Assembly (NCBI GenBank): GCA_023659895.1
Contig: JAGXOL010000002.1
Span: 4,388-68,387, forward strand
DNA from: Candidatus Aenigmarchaeota archaeon LH_S7
GTDB taxonomy: Archaea > Aenigmatarchaeota > Aenigmatarchaeia > QMZS01
Reading direction: 5' to 3'
Length of the DNA: 64,000 nucleotides
In this document: positions 19,289 to 29,242 of the stretch, one piece after another
Numbering within the stretch: the stretch's first letter is position 1
Layout of the letters: the number at the start of each line of letters is the position of its first letter
The notes under the pieces: model-generated
Seen by the model: only the letters and a program-made list of their open reading frames with translations
The model's database searches: none
Told to the model about the DNA's origin: nothing
Position numbers and translations under genes: made by a program

Positions 19289-21148
19289 CTATATAAACCG
19301 TATTGCTTCAAGGTTCATTGGAGAATAGGAATCCACATTAAATATTTTTTGGACTGAATTGGCAAGATTTTGTGCTTTTGAGGCTTCTCCATGATTAACT
19401 AGAATTTTCTTTGGTTTGTTTTTCAAGTGACCTATGAAGTTCAATAATTGTTTCCTATCAGAATGTCCACTAAGACCATCCACGGTCCTAATATCTAAGT
19501 TAATCTCCACTTTTTCTCCATCCTGTAATTTAACTTCTTTTTCACCTGCCTGGATTTTGCTACCTAATGTTCCAGCAGCTTGATAACCAACAAAAACCAA
19601 AGTGTTTTTGGGGTTAGTTCCAAAATTCTTCAAGTATTCCATTATAGGTCCTCCGTTAAGCATACCTGAGGTTGCAATGATGATGCAAGGTTTATCATCA
19701 CCTAAGATTTGTTCTCTTTCCCTTGCACTAGCAACATTAATGAATCTTTCACTTTCAAAAGGGTTCTTGTTCTCATCTATTATTTGTCTTTGCAAGTTAT
19801 AAGCAAGATATTTTGGGTAAGTAGAGTGAATGGAATTAGCATCGTAAATCATCCCATCAACATAGATAGGTACATCTAATCCATATTTCTCAAAAATTAC
19901 CATCAATTCCTGTGCTCTACCAACTGCAAAACTTGGAACTAAGACTTTTCCTCCTCTTTTTATTGTTTCATTGATTATTCCTATCATCTCTTTTTCTGAG
20001 TCTTCAAGTCTAGGAGTTATATTATCACTACCACCATAAGTCCCTTCCAATATCAAAGCCTCGCTTCTCATGAATTGGGTGAATGCAGGGTCAAACAAAT
20101 TTGAAACTGAGTATTTTATGTCTCCAGTATAAATAACATTTGTCTTTCCATTACCAATGTTAAAGTGTGACATAGCACTTCCTAGCAAATGTCCCGCATT
20201 TTCAAAAATCAATCTAACATCAGAACTTATATCTGTAACTTCCTTGTACTTTAATGGGATTGTGTTTTTGATCATCTTTTTTATGTCAGAACTCGTATAA
20301 AGGCTTTTTCCTGTCTCCCTCTGCATTAATTGGATTGTATCTATCTGCAACAAGGCAGCAAGTTCTCTTGTTGGCTCAGTACAATAAACAGGCCCATTGT
20401 AACCTATCTTATATAGATAAGGTATAAAACCTGAATGGTCAAGATGTGCATGACTCAAAACAATTGCATCTATTGAGTTTATATTGAAATCTTGGGAAAA
20501 TATTGGAAAGCGGTCTTCCCCCAAAGCTCCTGCAGAAATACCACAGTCAAGCATTATTCTAGAATTAGGGGTTTCTAGGATCATACAGCTTCTTCCCACT
20601 TCCCTTCCACTACCAAGAAAGCTTATTCTTGCGTATTTTGTTTCCTTTGGTTCTGATAAATAAATTTTCTTTCCCACACTGTTCAAGAATCTCTTTCTGT
20701 ATTTTGAACTCTGGAACAAAGTTTTACGAATTGCTTCAGCATGAGGAGATTTTGGTTTTGCAACTCTTCTAACTAAGGGTATCCAAAAAGTTTCCTTCTT
20801 TACTCTTTTTACAACTTCACCATTGTCTCCAACTGCCATCTGAGGATAAGTAACATCTATTGTAACCCTTGAGAAATCAGGTTCAAAAGAAATGTTATGG
20901 ATTTCAGCTTCTTCAGGAATAATTTCCTTGATTTTTTTCTTTGTTTCATCTTTTGTTGGTAGGGTGTCAGGTTCTATTCTCACCTCTATCCTTTTTTTGA
21001 TCTTGTCAACAATCTCTTTAATCTTCTCTTCCTGATTTAGGAAAAAATCTTTATCACAAGTGTAAATAACTATCTTGTTTCCTTCGTAATTTATCCTTTT
21101 ATCCTCTAATTCAGGGAGTTCTTCTTTAACAGCTTTTACAAAATCCAT
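19289..21148 (-). CDS. fttA: aCPSF1/FttA KH-domain beta-CASP ribonuclease
   Basis: N-terminal KH region, EVGRSC, SHAHLDHSG, GHLLGS, SGHSD, HGE. Confidence 0.93.
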   Translation of the reverse strand: MDFVKAVKEELPELEDKRINYEGNKIVIYTCDKDFFLNQEEKIKEIVDKIKKRIEVRIEPDTLPTKDETKKKIKEIIPEEAEIHNISFEPDFSRVTIDVTYPQMAVGDNGEVVKRVKKETFWIPLVRRVAKPKSPHAEAIRKTLFQSSKYRKRFLNSVGKKIYLSEPKETKYARISFLGSGREVGRSCMILETPNSRIMLDCGISAGALGEDRFPIFSQDFNINSIDAIVLSHAHLDHSGFIPYLYKIGYNGPVYCTEPTRELAALLQIDTIQLMQRETGKSLYTSSDIKKMIKNTIPLKYKEVTDISSDVRLIFENAGHLLGSAMSHFNIGNGKTNVIYTGDIKYSVSNLFDPAFTQFMRSEALILEGTYGGSDNITPRLEDSEKEMIGIINETIKRGGKVLVPSFAVGRAQELMVIFEKYGLDVPIYVDGMIYDANSIHSTYPKYLAYNLQRQIIDENKNPFESERFINVASAREREQILGDDKPCIIIATSGMLNGGPIMEYLKNFGTNPKNTLVFVGYQAAGTLGSKIQAGEKEVKLQDGEKVEINLDIRTVDGLSGHSDRKQLLNFIGHLKNKPKKILVNHGEASKAQNLANSVQKIFNVDSYSPMNLEAIRFI

Positions 21149-21276
21149 AGTATCAACCCTCAGTTTATAAAGTTGGTTTATGTATAATTATCATTCTTTT
21201 TAAAATATTTAAAAGTTCAAGGGTTTATTCTACCTTATTTTAGATGATTTTTATTTATAAATTTAAAAGTAATATT

Positions 21277-21882
21277 ATGGAAACTTCTATGAAGAGTGGG
21301 ACTACAACTATAGGGATGAAGTGCAAAGATGGAGTTCTATTAGCATCTGAATCAAAAGCTGGAATGGGTAATATAATCACAAATAAAGAGGTACAAAAGG
21401 TTTTCCAAATAGATGATAGGATTGGTGTTACAATTGCTGGATTAGTTAGTGATGCACAGCAATTAGTTAATATGCTCAAAGCTGAGATAAATCTTTATAA
21501 ATTGGAAAGTGGTGAGGAGATGAGAGTTGATGCAGTTGCTTCATTGTTATCAAATATTATGTACGCAAGAAGATTATTCCCTTATCTCACTCAGATGGTA
21601 GTAGGTGGTGTGGACAAAGAAGGAACTAAGTTATTTTCCTTTGACCCAACAGGTTCAAAAATGGAGGAAGAATATGTTTCCACAGGTAGTGGTAGTCCTT
21701 TTGTTTATGGTATCTTGGAAAAGGATTTCAAGAAAGCAATGAGTATGCAGGAAGGTAAGGAATTGACAAAACAAGCTATAAAGAGTGCTGCAGGTAGAGA
21801 TATGGCTTCAGGAGGGGAAAAAATCTGGATAGCTGAAATAACTTCTAAAGGATTCAGATTAAATAAGGACAAGATAAAATAA
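21277..21882 (+). CDS. psmB: Proteasome subunit beta
   Basis: SG|TTTIG, STGSGS, RDMASG. Confidence 0.95.
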   Translation: METSMKSGTTTIGMKCKDGVLLASESKAGMGNIITNKEVQKVFQIDDRIGVTIAGLVSDAQQLVNMLKAEINLYKLESGEEMRVDAVASLLSNIMYARRLFPYLTQMVVGGVDKEGTKLFSFDPTGSKMEEEYVSTGSGSPFVYGILEKDFKKAMSMQEGKELTKQAIKSAAGRDMASGGEKIWIAEITSKGFRLNKDKIK

Positions 21883-21902
21883 ATAAATTTTTATGATTTT
21901 TT

Positions 21903-22136
21903 ATGGCTACAAAGAAGGTAAAAGCAGCAGGTAAATTCAGTGCTAAGCACGGAAAAAAGTTAAGAGATATTTATAATAAAATTTACAAAAGTGTGAAAAA
22001 AAAATATAATTGTCCTGTTTGTGCTAAGGAAAAAGCTGTTAGGAGGGTTTCTTTTGGTGTATGGGAATGTAAAAGATGTGAAACAAAGTTTGCTTCTGGG
22101 GCTTTTGAGTTCAGGGAGAGAGATTTCAAGAAATAA
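21903..22136 (+). CDS. rpl37ae: 50S ribosomal protein L37Ae (eL43)
   Basis: AGKFSAKHG, CPVC, GVWECKRC, FASGA. Confidence 0.93.
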   Translation: MATKKVKAAGKFSAKHGKKLRDIYNKIYKSVKKKYNCPVCAKEKAVRRVSFGVWECKRCETKFASGAFEFRERDFKK

Positions 22137-22160
22137 TTATAGTCACTTAATTAAAAATTA

Positions 22161-23228
22161 TTAAAACCTTAGAATTGCTCCGATTCCTCCAATGTTTTTG
22201 AATTGGGAACCATAAGAAGAGGTTGTGGAAATAAATTCTATTTTTGCATTGCTTTCCTCAGATAGTTCCTCAATTTCATCAATACTTTCATGATCTTCAC
22301 TTATAAGAACTGTTTCAGCTTTTCCTTCTTTCAAAGCATCTAAGGTATCATCTTTTCCATAAACCATTTCACCCTTTGCTTTGCTAAGTTTTGTGAAAAA
22401 GTCCTCTAGTAATTCATTTTCCTTGTAAAGCTCAGTCTCTTTTATGAGGTCTTTTCCCTTTTCCAAAGTTTCTTTTACACCTGGTTCTTCTGTGTATGAA
22501 GTGTCAACAACACCAATAACTTTCTCTTTGAGGTGGTTGGGAAGGTAATCTCCCTTTTGAAAGTTTTCCTTTATTGGTCCTGGACCTGAAATAATAATTC
22601 TTTTTATTTCCTTATCAAATAAGTCTTTCGCTGCTTCCCCAACATCTTTTAGGAAATCATGAAGTAAATTCTCACGGACTCTGTAAAAACGCACTGAACT
22701 CTGTCCTCCTGCGCGTGTTTTTCCAGGAACTAAAGAATCCATGTGCTTAAGTATTTCAACATTCTTCCCTTTTATGACTGCTATATCAGCACTGCTCTTA
22801 TCCAAACAAATGATTCCATAATTTGTTTTCTCCCTCATCTGCTCTTTCAAAGGTCCTACCTCAAAGTTTTGGTCACAATGGTAAAGCTTAATGTTAATTT
22901 TTTCTGGGGGTTCAACTGTCCAAAGTTTAATATCTGATTTGCCTTCTTCTGTGCCAACATTTCCGCAAAAAACTATTAATCCCTTCTCAGGGATTTTTTT
23001 GTACAATTTTAATTCCTGAGCAATTTTTTCTAAAGCGGAAAGAACATTCTTACGAACTATTTTGCTTTTCACATTTCTGGTGAGGGCCTGCTCTTGGGAA
23101 ACAAGCTCTGCTATTTTGTTTATATCATAACCAGAGGGGATGTAAAGAGTAATCAATTCAGTATGGCGTCCTCTGATCTGTTCCAGCTCTTTTATTAATT
23201 TCCTTAACTTTAATTTCTCCTTTTCCAT
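22161..23228 (-). CDS. prf1: Peptide chain release factor aRF1
   Basis: GRHTELITLYIP, NVKS, YHCD, GGQS, GGIGAILRF. Confidence 0.97.
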   Translation of the reverse strand: MEKEKLKLRKLIKELEQIRGRHTELITLYIPSGYDINKIAELVSQEQALTRNVKSKIVRKNVLSALEKIAQELKLYKKIPEKGLIVFCGNVGTEEGKSDIKLWTVEPPEKINIKLYHCDQNFEVGPLKEQMREKTNYGIICLDKSSADIAVIKGKNVEILKHMDSLVPGKTRAGGQSSVRFYRVRENLLHDFLKDVGEAAKDLFDKEIKRIIISGPGPIKENFQKGDYLPNHLKEKVIGVVDTSYTEEPGVKETLEKGKDLIKETELYKENELLEDFFTKLSKAKGEMVYGKDDTLDALKEGKAETVLISEDHESIDEIEELSEESNAKIEFISTTSSYGSQFKNIGGIGAILRF

Positions 23229-23310
23229 AAAGCGTTTATAAATTAAGTTATTAAAAAACTCGTTTGCCTTATAAATAGGAAAATGTTATTTTTTAAAGAA
23301 AAATGCTTAT

Positions 23311-23558
23311 GGGCATGTAGCTCAGCTGGATAGAGCACCGGCCTTCTAAGGAACCGAGGAAAGCCGGGGGTCGCAGGTTCGAAGGGAACTTTTAGAAAAA
23401 GTTCCATCAAAAAAAGAAGGGAACTTTTAGAAAAAGTTCCATCAAAAAAAGAAGGGAACTTTTAGAAACCTCGAAAAACAAAGTTTTTCGGGGCCCCATA
23501 AACCTTTGGTTTATGAGGAAGTTCCATCAAAAAAGTCTCGGGAATCCTGTCATGCCCA
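23311..23558 (+). tRNA. tRNA-Arg(TCT) with two introns: 37/38 (23349..23361, 13 nt) and 59/60 (23384..23544, 161 nt)
   Basis: Acceptor GGGCATG/CATGCCC, anticodon stem CCGGC/GCCGG, T-stem GCAGG/CCTGT; BHB helices CTTC:GAGG and TTCG:CGGG each followed by an AA bulge. Confidence 0.92.
23381..23534 (+). repeat. Three tandem copies of a 35-nt hairpin unit, the third with a 50-nt insertion (23469..23518)
   Basis: GAAGGGAACTTTTAGAAAAAGTTCCATCAAAAAAA at 23381, 23416 and 23451. Confidence 0.95.
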
Positions 23559-25466
23559 TTAAGATTCCCCAATTCTCTTTAAAAAGGCTTTTGGATCAGC
23601 ACTGTATTGAGCAGTGTACTTTGCAAAATCCTTGTAATCTGTAATCTTGTTTTTTGAGAGCCATTCTAAAACCTTGGCTTTATTCAAAACATTTTCTTCC
23701 ATTTTTTTCTTATTGATGCCGGTTCTATCTATTATGTTTTTCAATATCACAGAATTATTTTTTATTTCAAATTCATCTTTTTTTGGATTCCATTGAGAAA
23801 ATGTGTTTGTTATAGGTCTCTTATTCTTGTGATCAACACCCGCAATTTCCTCTATTGAGGCTAATCTTCTAACTGTTTTATCACCTATTTTTACTCTAGA
23901 AATGAAAACAACTAAATCTAAAGTTTCAAGTAATGACACAGGTAAATTTATTGGGGGTGTAATTAAACGGTCTATCAAAGTTTCTATAGATTCCGCGTGA
24001 ATAGTAGCAAGACCTGGATGACCTGTAGACATTGCCTGGAATAATACAAATGCTTCTTTACCACGAACTTCACCAACTACAATTCTATCAGGTCTTTGCC
24101 TTAAACTCTCCCTCAGCAAGTCAAATAAAGTAACTGAACCCTTTCCACCTTCAGCTAAAACATTTCTTGCCACTTCTGGTATCCAGTTTGGGTGCGGTAA
24201 CTGTAGTTCTCCTGTATCCTCAATTGAAACAATTTTTTCTTGTGGTTGAAAAAACATGGAAGCAGAATTCAAAAAAGAAGTTTTACCTGAACCTGTACCA
24301 CCAGAAATAAGAATGTTCCTTCCATTTTCTATAGCATACCAAAGATAAGCCATTAATTTTACATCAGAAGTATGATAAAGAATCTGCATTGTAGGGGTGA
24401 AAGGCTCCTTACTAAACTTTCTAATTGTGAAATTTGAACCTTTCCTTGCAATGTCGGTAGCAAGAGTTGCCTGGACTCTACTATTATCTGATAATATTCC
24501 ATCAAGCAAAGGGTGTGCCATTGAAATGTCTCTTCCACATCTCTGAGCTAATTTCATGACAAAAGAATCTAATTCCTCAGAACTGTCAAAGACTATATTT
24601 GTTTTTATTGAACCAAATCTTGGATCCCTATGAACAATGTAAATAGGTACTCCTGTTCCATCACAAGATATATCCTCTATGTGCTTATCTTGCAATAAAG
24701 GTTCAATTTTATCAAAACCTAAAAAATCCCTGTCAATATAATATCTAAAAATCTTAATCATAGTATCAGATATATCCACTTTAAAATAATCTAAAGCTTC
24801 ATCAATTTTCTTAAAAAGATAATTTTTTGCCTCAAATTTCTTAACTGCTGCAAAATCAATATCTATTTTTTCCCTTATAAATTCCTTAAATATATTAAGA
24901 AGTTTTTTATCATTCTCTGTTAATTCAGGTTCAACAATATCGTATTTTAGCTCATTATTTTCCTGGTCCCAATATATATGAGCGTAAGCATAAATCTCTT
25001 CATTTTTTCTTGGATTTCGAGGTATCAAAGGATATTTTGTATCTATCTGAGTTAGTTCTTCTCTTTTAAACCTTTTTTCTATTGGCTTCACTTCTGATTC
25101 TATTTTTGGGAAAGAAACTCCCTCTATATGTTGCTTTTTCTTTTTTAAGCTCATTTCATCTTTTATAGAAGAGGGCACTCTACTAGGTAAATATTCCCCC
25201 AGATAAGATGCCAATTTTTTGAGTATTTCTGTTTGCTCTTTTGGAGGTGGAGAGATTTCTTTTTTCTTTTTTTGAGGTATGTACGTTTCTATTTGCTCTT
25301 TTGTGAGTTGAGGTTGCTGAATTTCTTTTTTCTTTTTACCTTCTTCCTTTTCTTGAGGTATATAATTAATAACAATAGGCCTTCTTTTGAAAACAAATTC
25401 TTTATTATTCAGAACTTTAATTGGTTTTCTTTTCTTAACCCTCTTCTTAATCCTTACCTTTACCAT
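23559..25466 (-). CDS. Type IV pilus/type II secretion assembly ATPase (VirB11/CpaF/FlaI family)
   Basis: EDISCDG, GGTGSGKT, SIEDT, LRQRPDRIVVGEVRG, TGH...TIHA. Confidence 0.93.
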   Translation of the reverse strand: MVKVRIKKRVKKRKPIKVLNNKEFVFKRRPIVINYIPQEKEEGKKKKEIQQPQLTKEQIETYIPQKKKKEISPPPKEQTEILKKLASYLGEYLPSRVPSSIKDEMSLKKKKQHIEGVSFPKIESEVKPIEKRFKREELTQIDTKYPLIPRNPRKNEEIYAYAHIYWDQENNELKYDIVEPELTENDKKLLNIFKEFIREKIDIDFAAVKKFEAKNYLFKKIDEALDYFKVDISDTMIKIFRYYIDRDFLGFDKIEPLLQDKHIEDISCDGTGVPIYIVHRDPRFGSIKTNIVFDSSEELDSFVMKLAQRCGRDISMAHPLLDGILSDNSRVQATLATDIARKGSNFTIRKFSKEPFTPTMQILYHTSDVKLMAYLWYAIENGRNILISGGTGSGKTSFLNSASMFFQPQEKIVSIEDTGELQLPHPNWIPEVARNVLAEGGKGSVTLFDLLRESLRQRPDRIVVGEVRGKEAFVLFQAMSTGHPGLATIHAESIETLIDRLITPPINLPVSLLETLDLVVFISRVKIGDKTVRRLASIEEIAGVDHKNKRPITNTFSQWNPKKDEFEIKNNSVILKNIIDRTGINKKKMEENVLNKAKVLEWLSKNKITDYKDFAKYTAQYSADPKAFLKRIGES

Positions 25467-25873
25467 TTTGAAAGAATAATATTATTGTCTCCTTCAACAA
25501 CAAAACTTCTTCCTGAGCTAGTTGCATATCCTTTAACATCTTTTTCATAATAAATTGTTTGGGTGTTTATTCCTGCTCTAGTTCTAAAATTGGAGACAGA
25601 AACCTGGCTATTATCCAAGTCAATAGTATATCTATCTTCAGATAACTTTTCTGGAATTTCAACTGATAAATTACAATCCCCATAATCACTGCACAGGTAT
25701 GTCTTAGTTGTTGCCATAGAAACTAGATTTGCTATCATTTCATATTGTTCTTTTTGTGACTGGGACTGGGTAGGTACTACCAAAGTGGAAACCGTAACTG
25801 CAGCAGAGATTGCTAAAATAGCTCCAATTCCAAATAGAAGAAGCTCATTTATTGCACGATACTGACCTTTCAT
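25460..25873 (-). CDS. Pilin-like protein with class III signal peptide
   Basis: MKG|QYRAINE plus hydrophobic helix; overlaps the ATPase start. Confidence 0.7.
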   Translation of the reverse strand: MKGQYRAINELLLFGIGAILAISAAVTVSTLVVPTQSQSQKEQYEMIANLVSMATTKTYLCSDYGDCNLSVEIPEKLSEDRYTIDLDNSQVSVSNFRTRAGINTQTIYYEKDVKGYATSSGRSFVVEGDNNIILSKW

Positions 25874-26850
25874 AATAGTTTATTAGATGTATTAAATAGA
25901 AATTTTTTCTTGAGAAAGTAAAGAGTTATTAATCCTAGGAAAATTAGGAGCCAGAAACTCAACATTCTATCCAATAAAATCAATGAGGAGGAGATTTTCA
26001 TTGGTATCCCTAACAAGACTAAAGCAGAGATAGTTCCACCTTCTATTAATCCAAGGCCACCAGGAAGCCAAGGTATCATTGAAAATAAAAGTTGCAAAGC
26101 CCATGCAGCAAGAACCAAAAAGAAAATTGAAGGATAATTTATCGCAATAAGAAGGAAGTAAAGTCTCAATACTTCAAGAAACCGGGTAATAAATGAGAGA
26201 GAAAATATTTTTAACTGAAGTTTTCTGTTTTTGAGTAAAGTTCTCAAACTATAAGTGAAGTCTTTGGCAGTTATATCCTTTTCTGTTTTGAAAAATCTGA
26301 GAACATATTTTTTGATTATTTTTTCTATTTTTTCTTCTCTTAATAAGAAACGGAATATTAAAACAGTTGCTATTGCAAAAGCACCAATAACAGGAATACT
26401 TATAACTAAATATTTTTGAGAGAGATATTGCATCGAGACAAGGAAAAAAACTGCTAACAGTAAAGTTACATAAATGGAGATAAGTTCAGAAGTAACCTCA
26501 ATAATTACAGAGGCTGTGGACTTTGTTGCAGGGATATCATTTTTTGAGAGATAATACATCTTTACTGGTTCTCCACCAGCTCTTGCAATAGGGGTAAATT
26601 GGTTAACACTTAATCCCGCTAACAATATTTTTAACACTTCTTTAAATTCCAGATTATAGTTCTGGGAAGATAAGATAATTTTCAGTCTTATGGTATAAAA
26701 ATATATTATCAGGAGCTGTATTAACAATCCTAAGGAAAGGTAAAAAAGATTTGCCCTGGATAAAACACCTAAGAGTTCTATACCTCCTGTATAATAAAAT
26801 ACTCCTAAAAAAAGGAGTAGACCTACAAGAAAACTAATTTCTTTCTTCAT
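25870..26850 (-). CDS. UPF0104 / lysylphosphatidylglycerol synthase TM-like flippase
   Basis: NQFTP...GGEPVK, PGGLGLIEG, LLDR; multiple TM helices. Confidence 0.88.
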   Translation of the reverse strand: MKKEISFLVGLLLFLGVFYYTGGIELLGVLSRANLFYLSLGLLIQLLIIYFYTIRLKIILSSQNYNLEFKEVLKILLAGLSVNQFTPIARAGGEPVKMYYLSKNDIPATKSTASVIIEVTSELISIYVTLLLAVFFLVSMQYLSQKYLVISIPVIGAFAIATVLIFRFLLREEKIEKIIKKYVLRFFKTEKDITAKDFTYSLRTLLKNRKLQLKIFSLSFITRFLEVLRLYFLLIAINYPSIFFLVLAAWALQLLFSMIPWLPGGLGLIEGGTISALVLLGIPMKISSSLILLDRMLSFWLLIFLGLITLYFLKKKFLFNTSNKLL

Positions 26851-26873
26851 TATAAAAATTTCATTATTTATTT

Positions 26874-27152
26874 ATGAAGATCCCCAAGGAGCAGCGGAGA
26901 TATTGCAAATATTGCAGAAAATACACAGTACAGAAATTGAAAAAGGTTAAAAACAAGCCAAGAAGGAAGCAAGCTGTGGGTCAGAGAAGACACTTGAGAA
27001 AGCTTGCTGGTTATGGTTCTTTCCCTGCAAAAAAGCCTAGTGGAAGAGGTAAGCCTGCAACCAAACTGGATTTGAGATATGTTTGCCAAGAGTGCAAGAA
27101 ACAAAATGTGATTGGCAAGGGGGTCAGATTAAAAAAAGTTGAGTTTGTTTGA
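26874..27152 (+). CDS. rpl44e: 50S ribosomal protein L44e (eL42)
   Basis: MKIPK..RRYCKYC, GYG, KLDLRYVCQECKK. Confidence 0.95.
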   Translation: MKIPKEQRRYCKYCRKYTVQKLKKVKNKPRRKQAVGQRRHLRKLAGYGSFPAKKPSGRGKPATKLDLRYVCQECKKQNVIGKGVRLKKVEFV

Positions 27153-27166
27153 TTGTTCTTAATAAT

Positions 27167-27490
27167 TTAACTTTTCTTTGAGTTGTTGTTTAAACAATAA
27201 CCTCCTATTTGATCTTTTTCTTTGAGGAAGTTCATGTAGGATTTTAAGTCCTCTAGCAATTGGAATTTTTCCTCACCACTTAACTCTGAATTTAATATTG
27301 CTTTTCTGGCTTGTTTCTTGTAAAAATTAACTTTTCTAAGCTCACCATTACCATGTTTTGCTGCTCTTAGGTAAGTTGCAGGTATCAAGTAATCACAAAT
27401 TAATTCGAGTTTTTCTTCTAGCCTTAGTTTATATAGTCCCCCCAATGCATATCTCCTTGTCATAGTCCGAAAGAAATAAAGAAATAACAA
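27167..27490 (-). CDS. Hypothetical protein
   Basis: ORF only; start uncertain. Confidence 0.35.
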   Translation of the reverse strand: MLFLYFFRTMTRRYALGGLYKLRLEEKLELICDYLIPATYLRAAKHGNGELRKVNFYKKQARKAILNSELSGEEKFQLLEDLKSYMNFLKEKDQIGGYCLNNNSKKS

Positions 27491-27616
27491 GGATTACTGC
27501 AACTTAACAAATACTGTAATTTTGCCGTAGCACTTATTGATTGCAGTAATCCATCTATTCATGTATATATTTCGCTGGAATATATTTAAAGTTTTTTGTA
27601 GAATTAAGGCAATTGT

Positions 27617-29233
27617 CTAAAGTTTTATATATTTTTCTTTCTTCTTTTGTTCCTTGTCAAGTTGGCTATCTGGTTTGTTTGCTTTAAAACGTCCTGTGTC
27701 TTGGTCTCTTCTGAAGGTTATCTTAAAGTTCTTCAAAAAGTTGTTAATCGCATTGTAAGTTTTAATAAGTTCAGCTCTCCCTTCTTTCTTTGGAGTTCCC
27801 TGGAAAAACAAAATCCTGTCAGAGAGTTGGGAAACTAAATGCAAATCATGGTCAACAACAACAATGCTAATATTGTTGTTTTCTACTATTCTCCCTAAAA
27901 TTTTTGTTAATTGTAATCTGTTTTCAGTGTCAAGGAAAGCACTTGGCTCATCTAAAAGATATAAATCTGCTTCTTTGGAAAGACACAAAGCTATTGCTAA
28001 TGTCTGTAGTTCACCACCTGATAGATTCTTAATATTTTTGTCATATAACGGTTGTAATTGTAAAGGGTAAGCGATTTGTTCCTTGAAATTTTTTGATTTT
28101 GGGAGAACATACTTGACCATCTTATCCATATCAGCATATAAATATTGTGGTTTGTAGGAGATTTTCACTTTGTCTGCCTTACCTTTGTCAGGTTTCATTT
28201 TGTTAGCTAGAAGTTCCATAAAAGTTGTTTTTCCAATTGAGTTAGGTCCTAAAATACCTAATATTTCTTTGTTATAGATCTCTCCTTCTTTTATATTCAA
28301 TTGGAATTCACCTAGTTTCTTTTCTATATTGGTGAAAGAGGTCTTGATTTCTTTTTCTGAGATTTTATCAGCTTTTGTTAAGTTGAATTTGATTCCTTCT
28401 CTCCTTAATCTTACATTTTCAGCTGGTAAGTAACCATCAAGGTAGCTATTAATTCCTCTTAGAGAGAAATAAAGAGAAGATACTACTCCATAAACCCCTT
28501 GAGCACCGTAAAGAGAATAGATTTTATCAGAAAGATAATCAAGCATGGCTAAATCGTGTTCAACTGTTATTACTTCCTTGTCTTTTAGTCTTTTTCTTAT
28601 TAAGTTCGCGATTTTTAACCTCTCCGAAATATCTAAATAAGAGGAAGGTTCATCTAACAAATACAAGTCTGCGTCCTTTGATAAACATAAAGCAATATTT
28701 AATTTTTGAAGTTCCCCACCTGAATAACTGTCCTTCTTTTCAATGTTAAGTTCTTTAACTAGTTCCTTGTCAAGCTCATCAATATTCACCTCATTCAAGA
28801 CTTGTGGTTTGTAAGAAATTGTTTTCTGCTTTTTCAAGTAAACTTTAAGTAAAGTGGGGAGATTTTCAATATCAATCTTTATTTCTCCTGCAAGGATTTT
28901 TATTGCAGTGGATTTACCTATTCCATTTCTGCCAATTAGTCCAATTATGTTTCCTTTTTCCGGGACTGGCATGTTGTAAAGAGCGAACTTGTTTTCACCG
29001 TATCTGTAAGTTAAAGTTCCTATTCTCTCTGGTGTGTTTATAATTTTTATTGCACCAAAAGGACACCTGTTGGAGCAAATCCCGCAACCGACACAAAGGT
29101 TCTCATTTATTTTTGCTTTCTCATTAATAACTATACACTCCTCTCCCAATTTATTCCTTGGACAAACTTTTGCACAGAGTTTACCACATTTTTTAGGTTC
29201 ACACTTCTTCTCATCTATTACTGCTAATCTCAT
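27617..29233 (-). CDS. Ribosome recycling ATPase ABCE1/RLI
   Basis: N-terminal Fe-S cysteines (CVGCGICSNRCPF), two NBDs (GRNGIGKS, GPNSIGKT, SGGELQ). Confidence 0.95.
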   Translation of the reverse strand: MRLAVIDEKKCEPKKCGKLCAKVCPRNKLGEECIVINEKAKINENLCVGCGICSNRCPFGAIKIINTPERIGTLTYRYGENKFALYNMPVPEKGNIIGLIGRNGIGKSTAIKILAGEIKIDIENLPTLLKVYLKKQKTISYKPQVLNEVNIDELDKELVKELNIEKKDSYSGGELQKLNIALCLSKDADLYLLDEPSSYLDISERLKIANLIRKRLKDKEVITVEHDLAMLDYLSDKIYSLYGAQGVYGVVSSLYFSLRGINSYLDGYLPAENVRLRREGIKFNLTKADKISEKEIKTSFTNIEKKLGEFQLNIKEGEIYNKEILGILGPNSIGKTTFMELLANKMKPDKGKADKVKISYKPQYLYADMDKMVKYVLPKSKNFKEQIAYPLQLQPLYDKNIKNLSGGELQTLAIALCLSKEADLYLLDEPSAFLDTENRLQLTKILGRIVENNNISIVVVDHDLHLVSQLSDRILFFQGTPKKEGRAELIKTYNAINNFLKNFKITFRRDQDTGRFKANKPDSQLDKEQKKKEKYIKL

Positions 29234-29242
29234 TATTGTTTA

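Noticed and set aside
23381..23534. CRISPR array (35-nt palindromic repeats)
   Set aside because: The repeats abut with no spacers, lie inside a tRNA intron, and no cas genes are present
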